The notes under the pieces are model-generated. The model searched no databases. It was not told the origin of the DNA and was given only the letters and a program-made list of their open reading frames with translations. The position numbers were made by a program, and so were the translations under genes. A DNA stretch of 47,647 nt from Patescibacteria group bacterium (lineage in GTDB: Bacteria; Patescibacteriota; Minisyncoccia; Phycocordibacterales; Phycocordibacteraceae): positions 1-47,647 of the forward strand of contig JBBUDY010000002.1 in the NCBI GenBank assembly GCA_038057055.1, given 5' to 3'. This document shows positions 21,208 to 30,503 of this stretch, in pieces (positions within the stretch are counted from its first letter, which is position 1; each line of letters begins with the position of its first letter).

Positions 21208-21633
21208 TTACTTCTTCTTACGCCCCAACGCAACACAGAAGTGCTGTTGCGTCCATCCCGTGTTCTTCGGGAAGTGTTTAAGCGCGGTCACCGCACCGAG
21301 CTCCGAAGCGCGGGCCATCGATGGAGCAGAAACCGCGGCAGTGGAGATGTACACCTGGCGTTTTCTCACGGCGATCATACCGACGCCGTACATTGAATTG
21401 GACCGAAATCCCTTGTCTTTTCGACGCAGAGCCTCGGCCGCCTTTTCCCATGAGAGATGGTTTGTGAAATGCTCAACCCATCCATCTTCGGGAGGGAAAA
21501 CTTCTTTGGCCCGGTTGAGTGCGACAGACGCGATTTGCTGCCCGTGATTTTCCTCAACGAAAGAAACGTCAAGCTCTATCCGGCGGTTACCCTTGATTCC
21601 GTTGAAGGCAGCAATACAGACTATGTACTCCAT
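21208..21633 (-). CDS. Hypothetical protein with two internal repeats
   Basis: SD-like GAGGTGGAG. The repeats end FPPEDGWVEHF and FPKNTGWTQQHF. Confidence 0.65.
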   Translation of the reverse strand: MEYIVCIAAFNGIKGNRRIELDVSFVEENHGQQIASVALNRAKEVFPPEDGWVEHFTNHLSWEKAAEALRRKDKGFRSNSMYGVGMIAVRKRQVYISTAAVSAPSMARASELGAVTALKHFPKNTGWTQQHFCVALGRKKK

Positions 21634-21747
21634 GACTCCACCTCGCTTTCGATCATGAATCCAAATAGATCCGTCGTTTATAATACATCCTTACAAATAT
21701 TTGTCAATTTGGTGCCTGAAATAGATCGATGACTAAAGACCGAGGTA

Positions 21748-21813
21748 GAATTCGACCACCATGATACAGTGCCGAATAATATCGCGACCGACATCATCGC
21801 CTCACGGAAATAA
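21748..21813 (+). repeat. Second, recoded copy of the fusA 3' end (cf. 21076-21141)
   Basis: Encodes [21 protein letters not shown], versus [21 protein letters not shown] in fusA. Confidence 0.95.
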
Positions 21814-21830
21814 GTTCGATTACAAAAAGG

Positions 21831-21860
21831 AAAAACAGCAGACCTTTCGGTCTGCCGTTT
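21831..21860. terminator. Second fusA-type terminator
   Basis: GCAGACC-TTTC-GGTCTGC has the same loop as the 21161 hairpin, with compensatory stem changes. Confidence 0.7.
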
Positions 21861-21875
21861 CCGTTACCATGCGGG

Positions 21876-22034
21876 TTACTCCACCCACTGCAAACTGCTG
21901 TCCGGCATCTCGAGAAGTTCGAGAGGATAGTCCAACTTCGGCATATCCGATTTTGCCGATGCAGCAGACTCCAATAAGTAGGGTTCCGCGGCTTCCGTAG
22001 CGATCATTGCCAAAAGCGTTCCTATGCTGTTCAT
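21876..22034 (-). CDS. Putative 52-aa acidic small protein
   Basis: GGAGGTGA SD before the ATG; MNSIGTLLAMIATEAAEPYLL...LQWVE. Confidence 0.4.
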   Translation of the reverse strand: MNSIGTLLAMIATEAAEPYLLESAASAKSDMPKLDYPLELLEMPDSSLQWVE

Positions 22035-22038
22035 GGCG

Positions 22039-22128
22039 TCACCTCCTCTGGTATTCTACCAGATCAGTTGACTTCATTTTGTGAAGTATTATCATTGTCC
22101 CTATGTCGCACAAGCAGCAGAATCTCAT
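22039..22128 (-). CDS. Putative 29-aa Cys-containing peptide
   Basis: AAGGAGGAG SD; MRFCCLCDIGTMIILHKMKSTDLVEYQRR. Its stop overlaps the SD of the next small ORF. Confidence 0.3.
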   Translation of the reverse strand: MRFCCLCDIGTMIILHKMKSTDLVEYQRR

Positions 22129-22356
22129 TGGGCTCCTCCTTACCACCTCTGGTGGAGGATTCGCTTGCGTCTAAGTTCTAAAAAGAAATAGATACACACG
22201 AGGCCTCCCACCGGAGGCCTCGTTTATTTTGTTCCTTTGAGAGGAGGTGAGATTAGATTCAAAATGATCCTGCATGACATGATCTGTCACGCAAGGTCGT
22301 GGCCGCTATTCGCTCACAAGGCGAATCGGCGGCCGTTTTTATGGTATAATCCGTAC

Positions 22357-22785
22357 ATGATATCTTTCTCAAAAGAACATCAGGATGTCCTGCGCGCGCT
22401 CGGAGTCGAGATCGTGTATCTCTTCGGGTCGCGTACACTCGGAGCGGCACATGACGCATCTGACTATGATGTCGGTGTCGTTTTCAGAGACCCGACAGTC
22501 ATTGCTGGTCGTCAATTTGAAACCTACCAAGCGTTGTATGCCATAGTGTCTGAATATCTGCCGGATCAGCTTGGCGGTGCGCATCCTGACCTGTCACTCC
22601 TGCAATTCGCGAATGCCGCTTTGGAGATGAGTGCTATTGACGGCGTCGTTTTGTTTGAGGCGGATCCGAATTTTCGTCTAACATACGAAGAAGAGGTCAT
22701 CAAACGGTACGATGATTACCGACATCTGCGGAATATCTACGAGGAAGCAACATTTGCTTCATTCGTGCCGACTAACTATGTATAA
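22357..22785 (+). CDS. MNT nucleotidyltransferase antitoxin (MntA-like)
   Basis: YLFGSRTLGAAHDASDYDVGV fits GSx10DxD. Leaderless start after TATAAT. Confidence 0.85.
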   Translation: MISFSKEHQDVLRALGVEIVYLFGSRTLGAAHDASDYDVGVVFRDPTVIAGRQFETYQALYAIVSEYLPDQLGGAHPDLSLLQFANAALEMSAIDGVVLFEADPNFRLTYEEEVIKRYDDYRHLRNIYEEATFASFVPTNYV

Positions 22786-23254
22786 GGTACCGCTATCGAA
22801 AACGAAGATAGAATCGAAGCTCGCCCTGATTCGTGAGGCCATGTCGGTGCTGAATACCGTCGGAGAACGGTTGTCCGCGGAACAGTTTGCGAGTGATCCG
22901 AGAGAATTTGCCGTGGCTGAGCACCATCTTCGCCGCGCGCTGGAAGCTATGTTCGATATCGCAGGACATATCATCTCCCGCTTTCCGTACGCTCCGGGGA
23001 AACGGCCGAAGACGATTAAAGAAATAGCACGTGCGTTGGGTGATAAGGGTGTAGTGGATAAAGAATTCGCGGAGAATCGTCTGGTAAAGATGGCAGGATA
23101 TCGCAATCGTCTTGTACATTTCTACGATGAGATAACGCCACAAGAGCTTTACCGTATCGTTACGTGTGATATGGGCGATATAGAACAATTCGCGCGTTCT
23201 GTTATTGAAGTTGTTCAGTCGCCTTCGCGTGTCGACTTAACCGTCGAAGAGTAG
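22778..23254 (+). CDS. HEPN (DUF86/HepT-like) RNase toxin
   Basis: RNRLVHFY fits Rx4HxY. The gene overlaps the MNT gene. Confidence 0.88.
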   Translation: MYKVPLSKTKIESKLALIREAMSVLNTVGERLSAEQFASDPREFAVAEHHLRRALEAMFDIAGHIISRFPYAPGKRPKTIKEIARALGDKGVVDKEFAENRLVKMAGYRNRLVHFYDEITPQELYRIVTCDMGDIEQFARSVIEVVQSPSRVDLTVEE

Positions 23255-23325
23255 TAGGAAAGGACTTGCATTTCTGGTCTGGATTGGTGGTAGAATTGGG
23301 GGATTAGAACTAAATCTTTAATACT

Positions 23326-23619
23326 ATGAGCGCAGAGGAATATTCTAGAAAAACATATGAAGATGCTGAAGACAAGGCAGCTAGGACAGAAAAAGCCTGG
23401 AAGCCCCTTCGTGCTAACAATTTTGCACCTGACGCTTTTACGCGAATGGCGGAAAGAGCAAGACAGAGAGTGGAGAACTTGTATGGAAAAGGTCAGGCGG
23501 AAGCGATATCTCTCAATAAAGAATACGATCGTCTTTTGGGAAAAGCAGAGGAAGCAATGAAAGCTCTAAAAAGCTTTGAGAAAGAAAAGCTTAGAATGTC
23601 AGAGGAAACTGCGTCCTAA
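23326..23619 (+). CDS. Hypothetical helical protein
   Basis: 97-aa charged ORF with AT-rich codons and an upstream TAGAAT. Confidence 0.6.
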   Translation: MSAEEYSRKTYEDAEDKAARTEKAWKPLRANNFAPDAFTRMAERARQRVENLYGKGQAEAISLNKEYDRLLGKAEEAMKALKSFEKEKLRMSEETAS

Positions 23620-23640
23620 TTTTTTTATCCCCGCGGAGAG

Positions 23641-23669
23641 TTGCATTTTGATACGCGCTTGCGTATAGT
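23641..23669 (+). promoter_or_regulatory. tuf promoter
   Basis: TTGCAT-17 nt-TATAGT. Confidence 0.65.
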
Positions 23670-23791
23670 GGCTCTAACGCATCTTGGCGTCGCTCTTTGG
23701 CTTGTCTGCTTTTGTAAGTCGGCAAGCTTAGGAGTTTGTTCCGACTTACGTCGGATTAATTCGTGATTTATTAATTGATTAACCGATTACT

Positions 23792-24991
<1,200 letters not shown>

Positions 24992-24997
24992 GCCACA

Positions 24998-25429
24998 ATG
25001 GTTACTGCTCCTTCAAAACCAAAAGCCAAGACAATGAAGAAGACGGCGCCCAAGCGCGCGGCTTCGCCGCGCGCAAAAGCCGCGCCAAGAAAGAAAGCCG
25101 TCGCTCCCATTGTTCCCGCAGTAGAGCACAAACTCCGCATCCGCGTGAAAGCGTATGAGCACAAGATTCTCGACCTTTCGGTGAAGCAGATTATGGACAC
25201 CGCCGCACGCTTCGACGCGGTCGTCGTCGGCCCGGTCCCGCTCCCGACCGAGATTAAGCGTTGGACAGTGAACCGCTCGACCTTCGTCTACAAGGACGCA
25301 CGAGAACAGTTCGAAATGCGCGTCCACAAGCGCCTTATCGACATCCTGAACCCCTCGCCGAAGGTGATCGAGGCCCTCACCAATCTGAACCTGCCAAGTG
25401 GTGTCACGATTGATGTGAAGATGGTTTAA
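24998..25429 (+). CDS. rpsJ: 30S ribosomal protein S10 with Lys/Ala-rich N-terminal extension
   Basis: [32 protein letters not shown]. Confidence 0.96.
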   Translation: MVTAPSKPKAKTMKKTAPKRAASPRAKAAPRKKAVAPIVPAVEHKLRIRVKAYEHKILDLSVKQIMDTAARFDAVVVGPVPLPTEIKRWTVNRSTFVYKDAREQFEMRVHKRLIDILNPSPKVIEALTNLNLPSGVTIDVKMV

Positions 25430-25449
25430 CAAAGACGACCAAGAATATG

Positions 25450-25479
25450 AAAAATCCCCGCCATCTGGCGGGGATTTTT
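25450..25479 (+). terminator. Terminator after rpsJ
   Basis: AAAAATCCCCGCCA-TC-TGGCGGGGATTTTT. Confidence 0.8.
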
Positions 25480-25499
25480 CGTGCTACAATGCAGACATT

Positions 25500-25751
25500 A
25501 TGACTTACACGTATCGCATTATTATTGAACCAGACGAAGGCGGTTACCACGCCTATGTTCCGGCACTTTCCGGTTGTCACACCTGGGGCAAGACTATTGA
25601 TGAAGCGCGTGCTATGGTGCGCGACGCGATTGATGCGTATCTGCGAAGCCTCGTTGCCGATGGTGAAAGTGTGCCAACCGATTCAGGATTTGAACTGTTT
25701 GAAACGGTTTCTGCGCCAAAAGGAGCGCGACCAGTACTCGCACATGCCTAG
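25500..25751 (+). CDS. hicB: HicB family antitoxin
   Basis: YHAYVPALSGCHTWGKTIDEA. Confidence 0.88.
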   Translation: MTYTYRIIIEPDEGGYHAYVPALSGCHTWGKTIDEARAMVRDAIDAYLRSLVADGESVPTDSGFELFETVSAPKGARPVLAHA

Positions 25752-25968
25752 GGCTCCAAGAATCTCGGCACAAAAACTTATCCGCGTTCTGAAGAAACTT
25801 GGTTTCAACGAGCATGCTGAACGCGGAACATCGCATCTCGTTTTCTCTCACCCAGATGGCAGACGAACACTCGTCTCACGCCACCGCGGTGATATAAAAA
25901 AAGGAACGCTGGCAGGCATCCTGCGCGACCTCAAAATCTCCTCTGACGAATTCAGGAATCTACTTTAA
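25744..25968 (+). CDS. hicA: HicA family mRNA interferase toxin
   Basis: LKKLGF...GTSHLVFSHPDGR...HRGDIKKGTLAGIL. The gene overlaps hicB. Confidence 0.88.
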   Translation: MPRAPRISAQKLIRVLKKLGFNEHAERGTSHLVFSHPDGRRTLVSRHRGDIKKGTLAGILRDLKISSDEFRNLL

Positions 25969-25994
25969 TAATAGTTTAACAAGGTCGCCAAGAA

Positions 25995-26030
25995 AACACA
26001 CAACCGCCCGCAAGAGCGGTTGTGTGTTTC
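25995..26030 (+). terminator. Hairpin terminator, duplicated at 27111-27142
   Basis: AACACACAACCGCCC-GCAA-GAGCGGTTGTGTGTT. Confidence 0.75.
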
Positions 26031-26082
26031 TTAGGGATTTGTTAGTTTAGAGTTTGTTCATCTTTGTACACAGGAGGGAAAA

Positions 26083-26283
26083 GTGGCGAAAGTTAAGTAC
26101 GTTGTCGCTGGTATCAGGAATTATTTCGGCCGAGCCGGCGAACAGGGAATGATTCTTGGTGAATTCCGGAAGATAGAATTCGCACGTCGGGTGCGTGAAC
26201 AAATGCTTCAAATGGGCCGGAAGAAACAATGGTCGGGCCGCCGTGGTATTTTCCTCAACGGCAAATTTGTTGAAGAGCTTTGA
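26083..26283 (+). CDS. Hypothetical basic 66-aa protein
   Basis: SD AGGAGG before a GTG start, followed by the hairpin at 26299-26321. Confidence 0.55.
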   Translation: MAKVKYVVAGIRNYFGRAGEQGMILGEFRKIEFARRVREQMLQMGRKKQWSGRRGIFLNGKFVEEL

Positions 26284-26387
26284 CCTGTCATCCACCTAAG
26301 ACCGCGAGACTCTCGCGGTCTCGCTATTTGCATCTTTTGGAGGGGTAGAGTAGAGAAGCCAACACCGCTTTGTTATTCACATTCCAG

Positions 26388-26426
26388 TGTTCGTTAAGTC
26401 CAACGACCGTGTAGAATAACGAACAT
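26388..26426. promoter_or_regulatory. Palindromic site 1, overlapping the -10 box and start of the PaaX-like gene
   Basis: TGTTCGTTAAGTC-N12-AGAATAACGAACAT, containing TAGAAT and the start of the ATG. Confidence 0.75.
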
Positions 26427-27039
26427 GAAGAAAAGAGAACAGAAAGGGAGTGTTGAGGAGAGGGTTAGATACAGAGCAAAGCGAAATCAAATAAGAAACG
26501 CCATTTTGTTGTCGGCGTATCTTGCTATCGGTGCCGGCATGATGATCATGACACCGAACGCTGTGAGACTTCTCAAGTATGTAGAAAAAGCCATTGGACC
26601 CTCTCCTCGACTCGGGCGACGGGTGAGTCAAAAATATTCTGAATTGATCGCGCAAGGGATATTCAAACGCACTCATTCACCACGTGGACTGCGGATAGAA
26701 CTAACAGAGAAGGGGATGAAAATCGCTGAGGAGTTGAGTCAGCGTGAAGAAATACGTCCTATAAAGCAGAAGAAATGGGATCAGAAATGGCGGATCATTA
26801 TGTTTGATGTGTGGGAACGTCGTCGCAAGGTACGTGATGAGTTACGAGAGACTCTCAAAGAAATTGGTTTCGTCAAAGTCCAGAACAGCGCCTGGACTTA
26901 TCCGTATCCGTGCGAAAAGCTCCTTGTCTTTTTACGCATGCACCTCAAGCTCGGTCACGGGATCCTCTACATAGTCGCCGATGAGATAGAACATGACGAA
27001 AAACTCCGCAAGCACTTTGATCTCCCGCCACCACTATAA
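26425..27039 (+). CDS. PaaX-like protein (wHTH plus Cas2-like ferredoxin domain)
   Basis: Wing IELTEKG, then KWDQKWRIIMFDVWERRRKVRDELRETLKEIGFVKVQNSAWTYPYPC. Confidence 0.8.
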   Translation: MKKREQKGSVEERVRYRAKRNQIRNAILLSAYLAIGAGMMIMTPNAVRLLKYVEKAIGPSPRLGRRVSQKYSELIAQGIFKRTHSPRGLRIELTEKGMKIAEELSQREEIRPIKQKKWDQKWRIIMFDVWERRRKVRDELRETLKEIGFVKVQNSAWTYPYPCEKLLVFLRMHLKLGHGILYIVADEIEHDEKLRKHFDLPPPL

Positions 27040-27053
27040 TGCTGTAAGAATCG

Positions 27054-27093
27054 ATGTTCGTTAAGTCAGGCGGTCGTGGGACTTAACGAACAT
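27054..27093. repeat. Palindromic site 2, downstream of the PaaX-like gene
   Basis: Perfect 14-bp arms: ATGTTCGTTAAGTC-N12-GACTTAACGAACAT. Confidence 0.85.
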
Positions 27094-27176
27094 TGTAACA
27101 ATCACTAAATAACACACAACCGCTCGCAAGGGCGGTTTTGTGGTACAATAGTCCCATTAGTAATCTTTATTCGACT

Positions 27177-27437
27177 ATGTCTACAGAAAAACCTAACGCT
27201 TTATCTGAGAAACTTCCTTCAAGTGACGAAAAGCTCATAAGCCAGATTCAAGAGATTCTTGGAAGTCTCGAGAAACCACTTGCTCGCATTGAAATTCGAT
27301 TACAGAAATTACAAGAACTATCTGAAAACTCCAACGACTCTCTCCTTATTCAAGAACGTGAAATGGCATCCGAGGACTTACAGAACATTAGAGAGATAAT
27401 CGAGCGAATGAAGCAGATGCAGCGTATAAGCGAGTAG
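27177..27437 (+). CDS. Hypothetical coiled-coil protein
   Basis: 86-aa Glu/Leu-rich ORF with an upstream TACAAT. Confidence 0.55.
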   Translation: MSTEKPNALSEKLPSSDEKLISQIQEILGSLEKPLARIEIRLQKLQELSENSNDSLLIQEREMASEDLQNIREIIERMKQMQRISE

Positions 27438-27439
27438 TA

Positions 27440-27468
27440 TTGCATTTCCCTGGACACTGCGGTAGAGT
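27440..27468 (+). promoter_or_regulatory. rplC promoter
   Basis: TTGCAT-17 nt-TAGAGT, followed by a structured leader. Confidence 0.55.
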
Positions 27469-27626
27469 GCCTTTAACGCTACGTACCTCCTCGGAGGGAC
27501 CTATGGCAGAACGCGCGATGCGTCTCTGCATCGCGCGTTTTGCTTAGCACCCACCAATATTTTGAAGCAAAAAATTAGGCGGGTAAGGTTTTTCTAAACC
27601 TCACTTCGCTCGGCAACAAAAACCTT

Positions 27627-28289
27627 ATGAAATTTATTCTCGCCAAGAAAGAAGGAATGACCCGTATCTATACGGAGGATGGTCGCGCTTATGCAGGAAC
27701 TATTTTGACGGCTGATCCGGTGACGGTGACCCAAGTGAAGACTACAGACGGTAAAGATAAGTATTCGGCGGTGCAGGTCGGTGTTGGCACACGGAAGGTA
27801 AAAAATATTTCTAAGGCGGTTCTTGGCCACACGAAGGGGAAGGGATACACCGACATCCGCGAAATGCGCCTGCCTGCGCAGGCAGGCGGCGCCGAAGGCG
27901 CTGCGGTCGGCGACACGATCGATGCGTCAGTGTTTGTCGTTGGTGATGTTGTGCAGGTTTCGGGTATTTCAAAGGGTAAAGGCTTTTCAGGAGTAGTGAA
28001 GCGCCACGGCTTCCACGGCGGCCCGCGTTCTCACGGCCAGAAGCACACCGAGCGTAGCCCTGGCTCTATCGGTGGCTCAGGTGGTCGCGCCGGCGGTCGT
28101 GTTGCGAAGGGGATGAAGATGGCCGGTCGTCTTGGCACTGATCGCGTAACCGTGACGAACCTTAAGGTGCTCCTCGTCGACAAGAAGGAAGGAAAGATTA
28201 TCGTCAGCGGCGCCGTGCCAGGTCGCCGCGGCACTCTGCTTGAGGTAGTCTCTGCACCCTACTTCGCTAAGGCTACGAAGGACACGTAA
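27627..28289 (+). CDS. rplC: 50S ribosomal protein L3
   Basis: SKGKGFSGVVKRHGF, RSPGSIG, GRVAKGMKMAGRLG. Confidence 0.97.
   Translation: MKFILAKKEGMTRIYTEDGRAYAGTILTADPVTVTQVKTTDGKDKYSAVQVGVGTRKVKNISKAVLGHTKGKGYTDIREMRLPAQAGGAEGAAVGDTIDASVFVVGDVVQVSGISKGKGFSGVVKRHGFHGGPRSHGQKHTERSPGSIGGSGGRAGGRVAKGMKMAGRLGTDRVTVTNLKVLLVDKKEGKIIVSGAVPGRRGTLLEVVSAPYFAKATKDT
27867..27888. repeat. Family A palindrome in frame in rplC
   Basis: CGCCTGCCTGCGCAGGCAGGCG (RLPAQAG). Confidence 0.85.
28257..28283 (+). repeat. Family B element at the rplC C-terminus
   Basis: CCCTACTTCGCTAAGGCTACGAAGGAC (PYFAKATKD). Confidence 0.85.
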
Positions 28290-28299
28290 TTTAAATACT

Positions 28300-29004
28300 A
28301 TGGCTACCAAAAAGATTAAAAAAGAATACGTACCAATCGAAGCCCCCATCTTCTCTATGGACGGCAAGAAGGTCGGCACGATTGCGCTTCCCGAGAGCAT
28401 TTTTGGTGCGCCGTGGCGGAGCGACCTCGTACACCAGGTCACGACCGCGATGCAGGCGAACCTGCGCCAGAACCGCGCACACACGAAGGACCGTGCCGAA
28501 GTCTCTGGTGGCGGCAAGAAGCCGTGGAAGCAGAAGGGCACCGGCCAGGCGCGTCACGGCTCCACCCGCTCACCGATATGGCGCCACGGTGGCATTACCT
28601 TTGGCCCTCGCTCGACACGCGACTACAGTGAGAAGATAAACAAGAAGATGCGCATCGGCGCGCTCCTCTCGGTGCTCTCGCGCAAAGCGAAGGACGGCGA
28701 GATTATTCTTGTCGATGAAATTGTTTTCGCAACACCGAAGACAGCGATGGCCAAATCTTCACTCCAGAAACTTGCAAAAGGTGCAGTGGCAGAACAACTT
28801 ATCACAAAGAAAAAGAATGCCGCTCTCTTCGCGCTCTCTGCGTACAATACAAACACAATAAAGAGTTTCAGTAACTTCGGTAATGTGATGACTGAAGAAA
28901 TGCGTAGCCTCAATCCGGTTGATGTGCTTTCGCACAAGTACCTCGTCATCGAGAAGCCGGAGGCGGCGTTCAAGGCGCTTATCGCTCGTTCAAAATCTAA
29001 GTAA
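28300..29004 (+). CDS. rplD: 50S ribosomal protein L4
   Basis: TKDRAEVSGGGKKPWKQKGTGQARHGS. Confidence 0.97.
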   Translation: MATKKIKKEYVPIEAPIFSMDGKKVGTIALPESIFGAPWRSDLVHQVTTAMQANLRQNRAHTKDRAEVSGGGKKPWKQKGTGQARHGSTRSPIWRHGGITFGPRSTRDYSEKINKKMRIGALLSVLSRKAKDGEIILVDEIVFATPKTAMAKSSLQKLAKGAVAEQLITKKKNAALFALSAYNTNTIKSFSNFGNVMTEEMRSLNPVDVLSHKYLVIEKPEAAFKALIARSKSK

Positions 29005-29010
29005 TTATTT

Positions 29011-29376
29011 ATGGCACTCTTCGGCAACAAAAAGAAAGAAACAAAGGAGAAAGTGGTGCAGAAACACCGTGCACGCACGGCCGCGACGACGGGCGGGACT
29101 GCACACGACATTATCCGCGCGCCGTGGTTCTCAGAGAAGGCACTCATCGCGACCGAGAAGGGTGTCTATGCCTTTGCGGTCTCACCGCGCGCGACCAAAG
29201 CACAGATCGCGAGTGCTATTAAAGAGATCTACAATGTTGAACCACGCCAGATCCGCATCGTGAATCTTCCCGGCAAGGCTAAGGCGATGCGCACCAAGCG
29301 TGGCACCGGCTATCGTGCCGCGCGCCGAAAAGCATATGTGTATCTGAATGCAGGAGACACCATTCAATTCTCCTAA
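29011..29376 (+). CDS. rplW: 50S ribosomal protein L23
   Basis: PWFSEKA, ATKAQIASAIKEIYNV, RKAYVYL. Confidence 0.95.
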   Translation: MALFGNKKKETKEKVVQKHRARTAATTGGTAHDIIRAPWFSEKALIATEKGVYAFAVSPRATKAQIASAIKEIYNVEPRQIRIVNLPGKAKAMRTKRGTGYRAARRKAYVYLNAGDTIQFS

Positions 29377-29382
29377 TATTTT

Positions 29383-30231
29383 ATGAAAACCTACAAACCA
29401 ACATCCAAGAGTCGCCGCCACATGACCACGCTTCCGTACAAGGAGTTGCTCTCGGGCCACGCTCCACACAAGCCTCTTCTCAAGAAGAAGAACAGTCAGG
29501 GCGGCAGAAATGCGTTCGGGCGCATCACGACACGTCACCAGGGCGGCGGGCACAAGAAGCGTTTCCGCGAAATAGATTTCTCTTATAATAAGAAAAATAT
29601 CCCGGCGAAAATTGAAACGATTGAATATGATCCATTCCGTTCGGCCTTTATCGGGCTCGCGCTCTACCGCGATGGCGAGCGCCGCTATGTGATTGTGCCG
29701 AAGGAGATGAAAGTCGGTAGCACGTTTCTTGTTTCTGAAGATGCACCGCTCACTGCGGGAAATCGTCTCCCGCTTGGGAAGATTCCTGTCGGCACCTTCA
29801 TCTACAACATCGAGCTCCAACCGGGCGCGGGCTCTGTGCTTGTCCGCTCTGCAGGAAATTATGCCGAAGTGGTCGCGCACGACGCGGGCTACGCGCAAGT
29901 AAAGCTCCCTTCGACTGAAATCCGCAAGGTGTCTGACCTCGCGTGGGCGAGTGTCGGTGCGGTGGGGAATGAAGAATACAATCTCGTCGTCATCGGCAAG
30001 GCCGGTCGCTCGCGCTGGATGGGGATCCGCCCAACCGTGCGCGGTACCGCGATGAATCCTGTCGACCACCCACACGGTGGTGGTGAAGGGAAGCAGGGTC
30101 GCGGGCTCCGCCGTGCCAAGACCAAGTGGGGCAAGCCCTCCGGCAAAGGTCAGAAGACGAGGACTCCCAAAAAATACTCCAACGTTCATATCATTACGAG
30201 ACGTAAGGTCGGGAAGAAACGTAAAGGTTAG
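29383..30231 (+). CDS. rplB: 50S ribosomal protein L2
   Basis: GRITTRHQGGGHK, EYDPFRSA, RGTAMNPVDHPHGGGEG. Confidence 0.98.
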   Translation: MKTYKPTSKSRRHMTTLPYKELLSGHAPHKPLLKKKNSQGGRNAFGRITTRHQGGGHKKRFREIDFSYNKKNIPAKIETIEYDPFRSAFIGLALYRDGERRYVIVPKEMKVGSTFLVSEDAPLTAGNRLPLGKIPVGTFIYNIELQPGAGSVLVRSAGNYAEVVAHDAGYAQVKLPSTEIRKVSDLAWASVGAVGNEEYNLVVIGKAGRSRWMGIRPTVRGTAMNPVDHPHGGGEGKQGRGLRRAKTKWGKPSGKGQKTRTPKKYSNVHIITRRKVGKKRKG

Positions 30232-30282
30232 CCGACTTGCCCCGTAGCCAACCGAGCGAAGCGAAGTTGTGGTATCGGGGAG

Positions 30283-30342
30283 AAGTACTCAAACGTCCAC
30301 ATCATCTCTCGTCGCAAGGTAGGGAAGAAACGAAAAGGCTAA
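30283..30342 (+). repeat. Second, recoded copy of the rplB 3' end (cf. 30172-30231)
   Basis: KYSNVHIISRRKVGKKRKG*, versus KYSNVHIITRRKVGKKRKG* in rplB. Confidence 0.95.
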
Positions 30343-30389
30343 GACAAATATAGAAATCGCCGTGTATAACGGCGATTTCTGTATTTGTC
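30343..30389. terminator. Long hairpin terminator inside the S10 cluster
   Basis: GACAAATATAGAAATCGCCGT-GTATA-ACGGCGATTTCTGTATTTGTC. Confidence 0.75.
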
Positions 30390-30439
30390 AAGGTTCTGGA
30401 ATGAGCTAGGAATTATGAGGGTGTTTTAGGAACGATAAC

Positions 30440-30468
30440 TTGACTCTGAAGAGTGCTTCCTGTATCTT
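30440..30468 (+). promoter_or_regulatory. Internal promoter for rpsS
   Basis: TTGACT-17 nt-TATCTT. Confidence 0.55.
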
Positions 30469-30503
30469 TGAGCTACCTCGCGTGCAGCGGGTTTTTAATT
30501 ACC

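Noticed and set aside
26425-27039. CRISPR-Cas locus, suggested by the Cas2-like domain
   Set aside because: There is no repeat-spacer array and no cas1 or other cas gene. The protein has the wHTH-fused PaaX-like layout.
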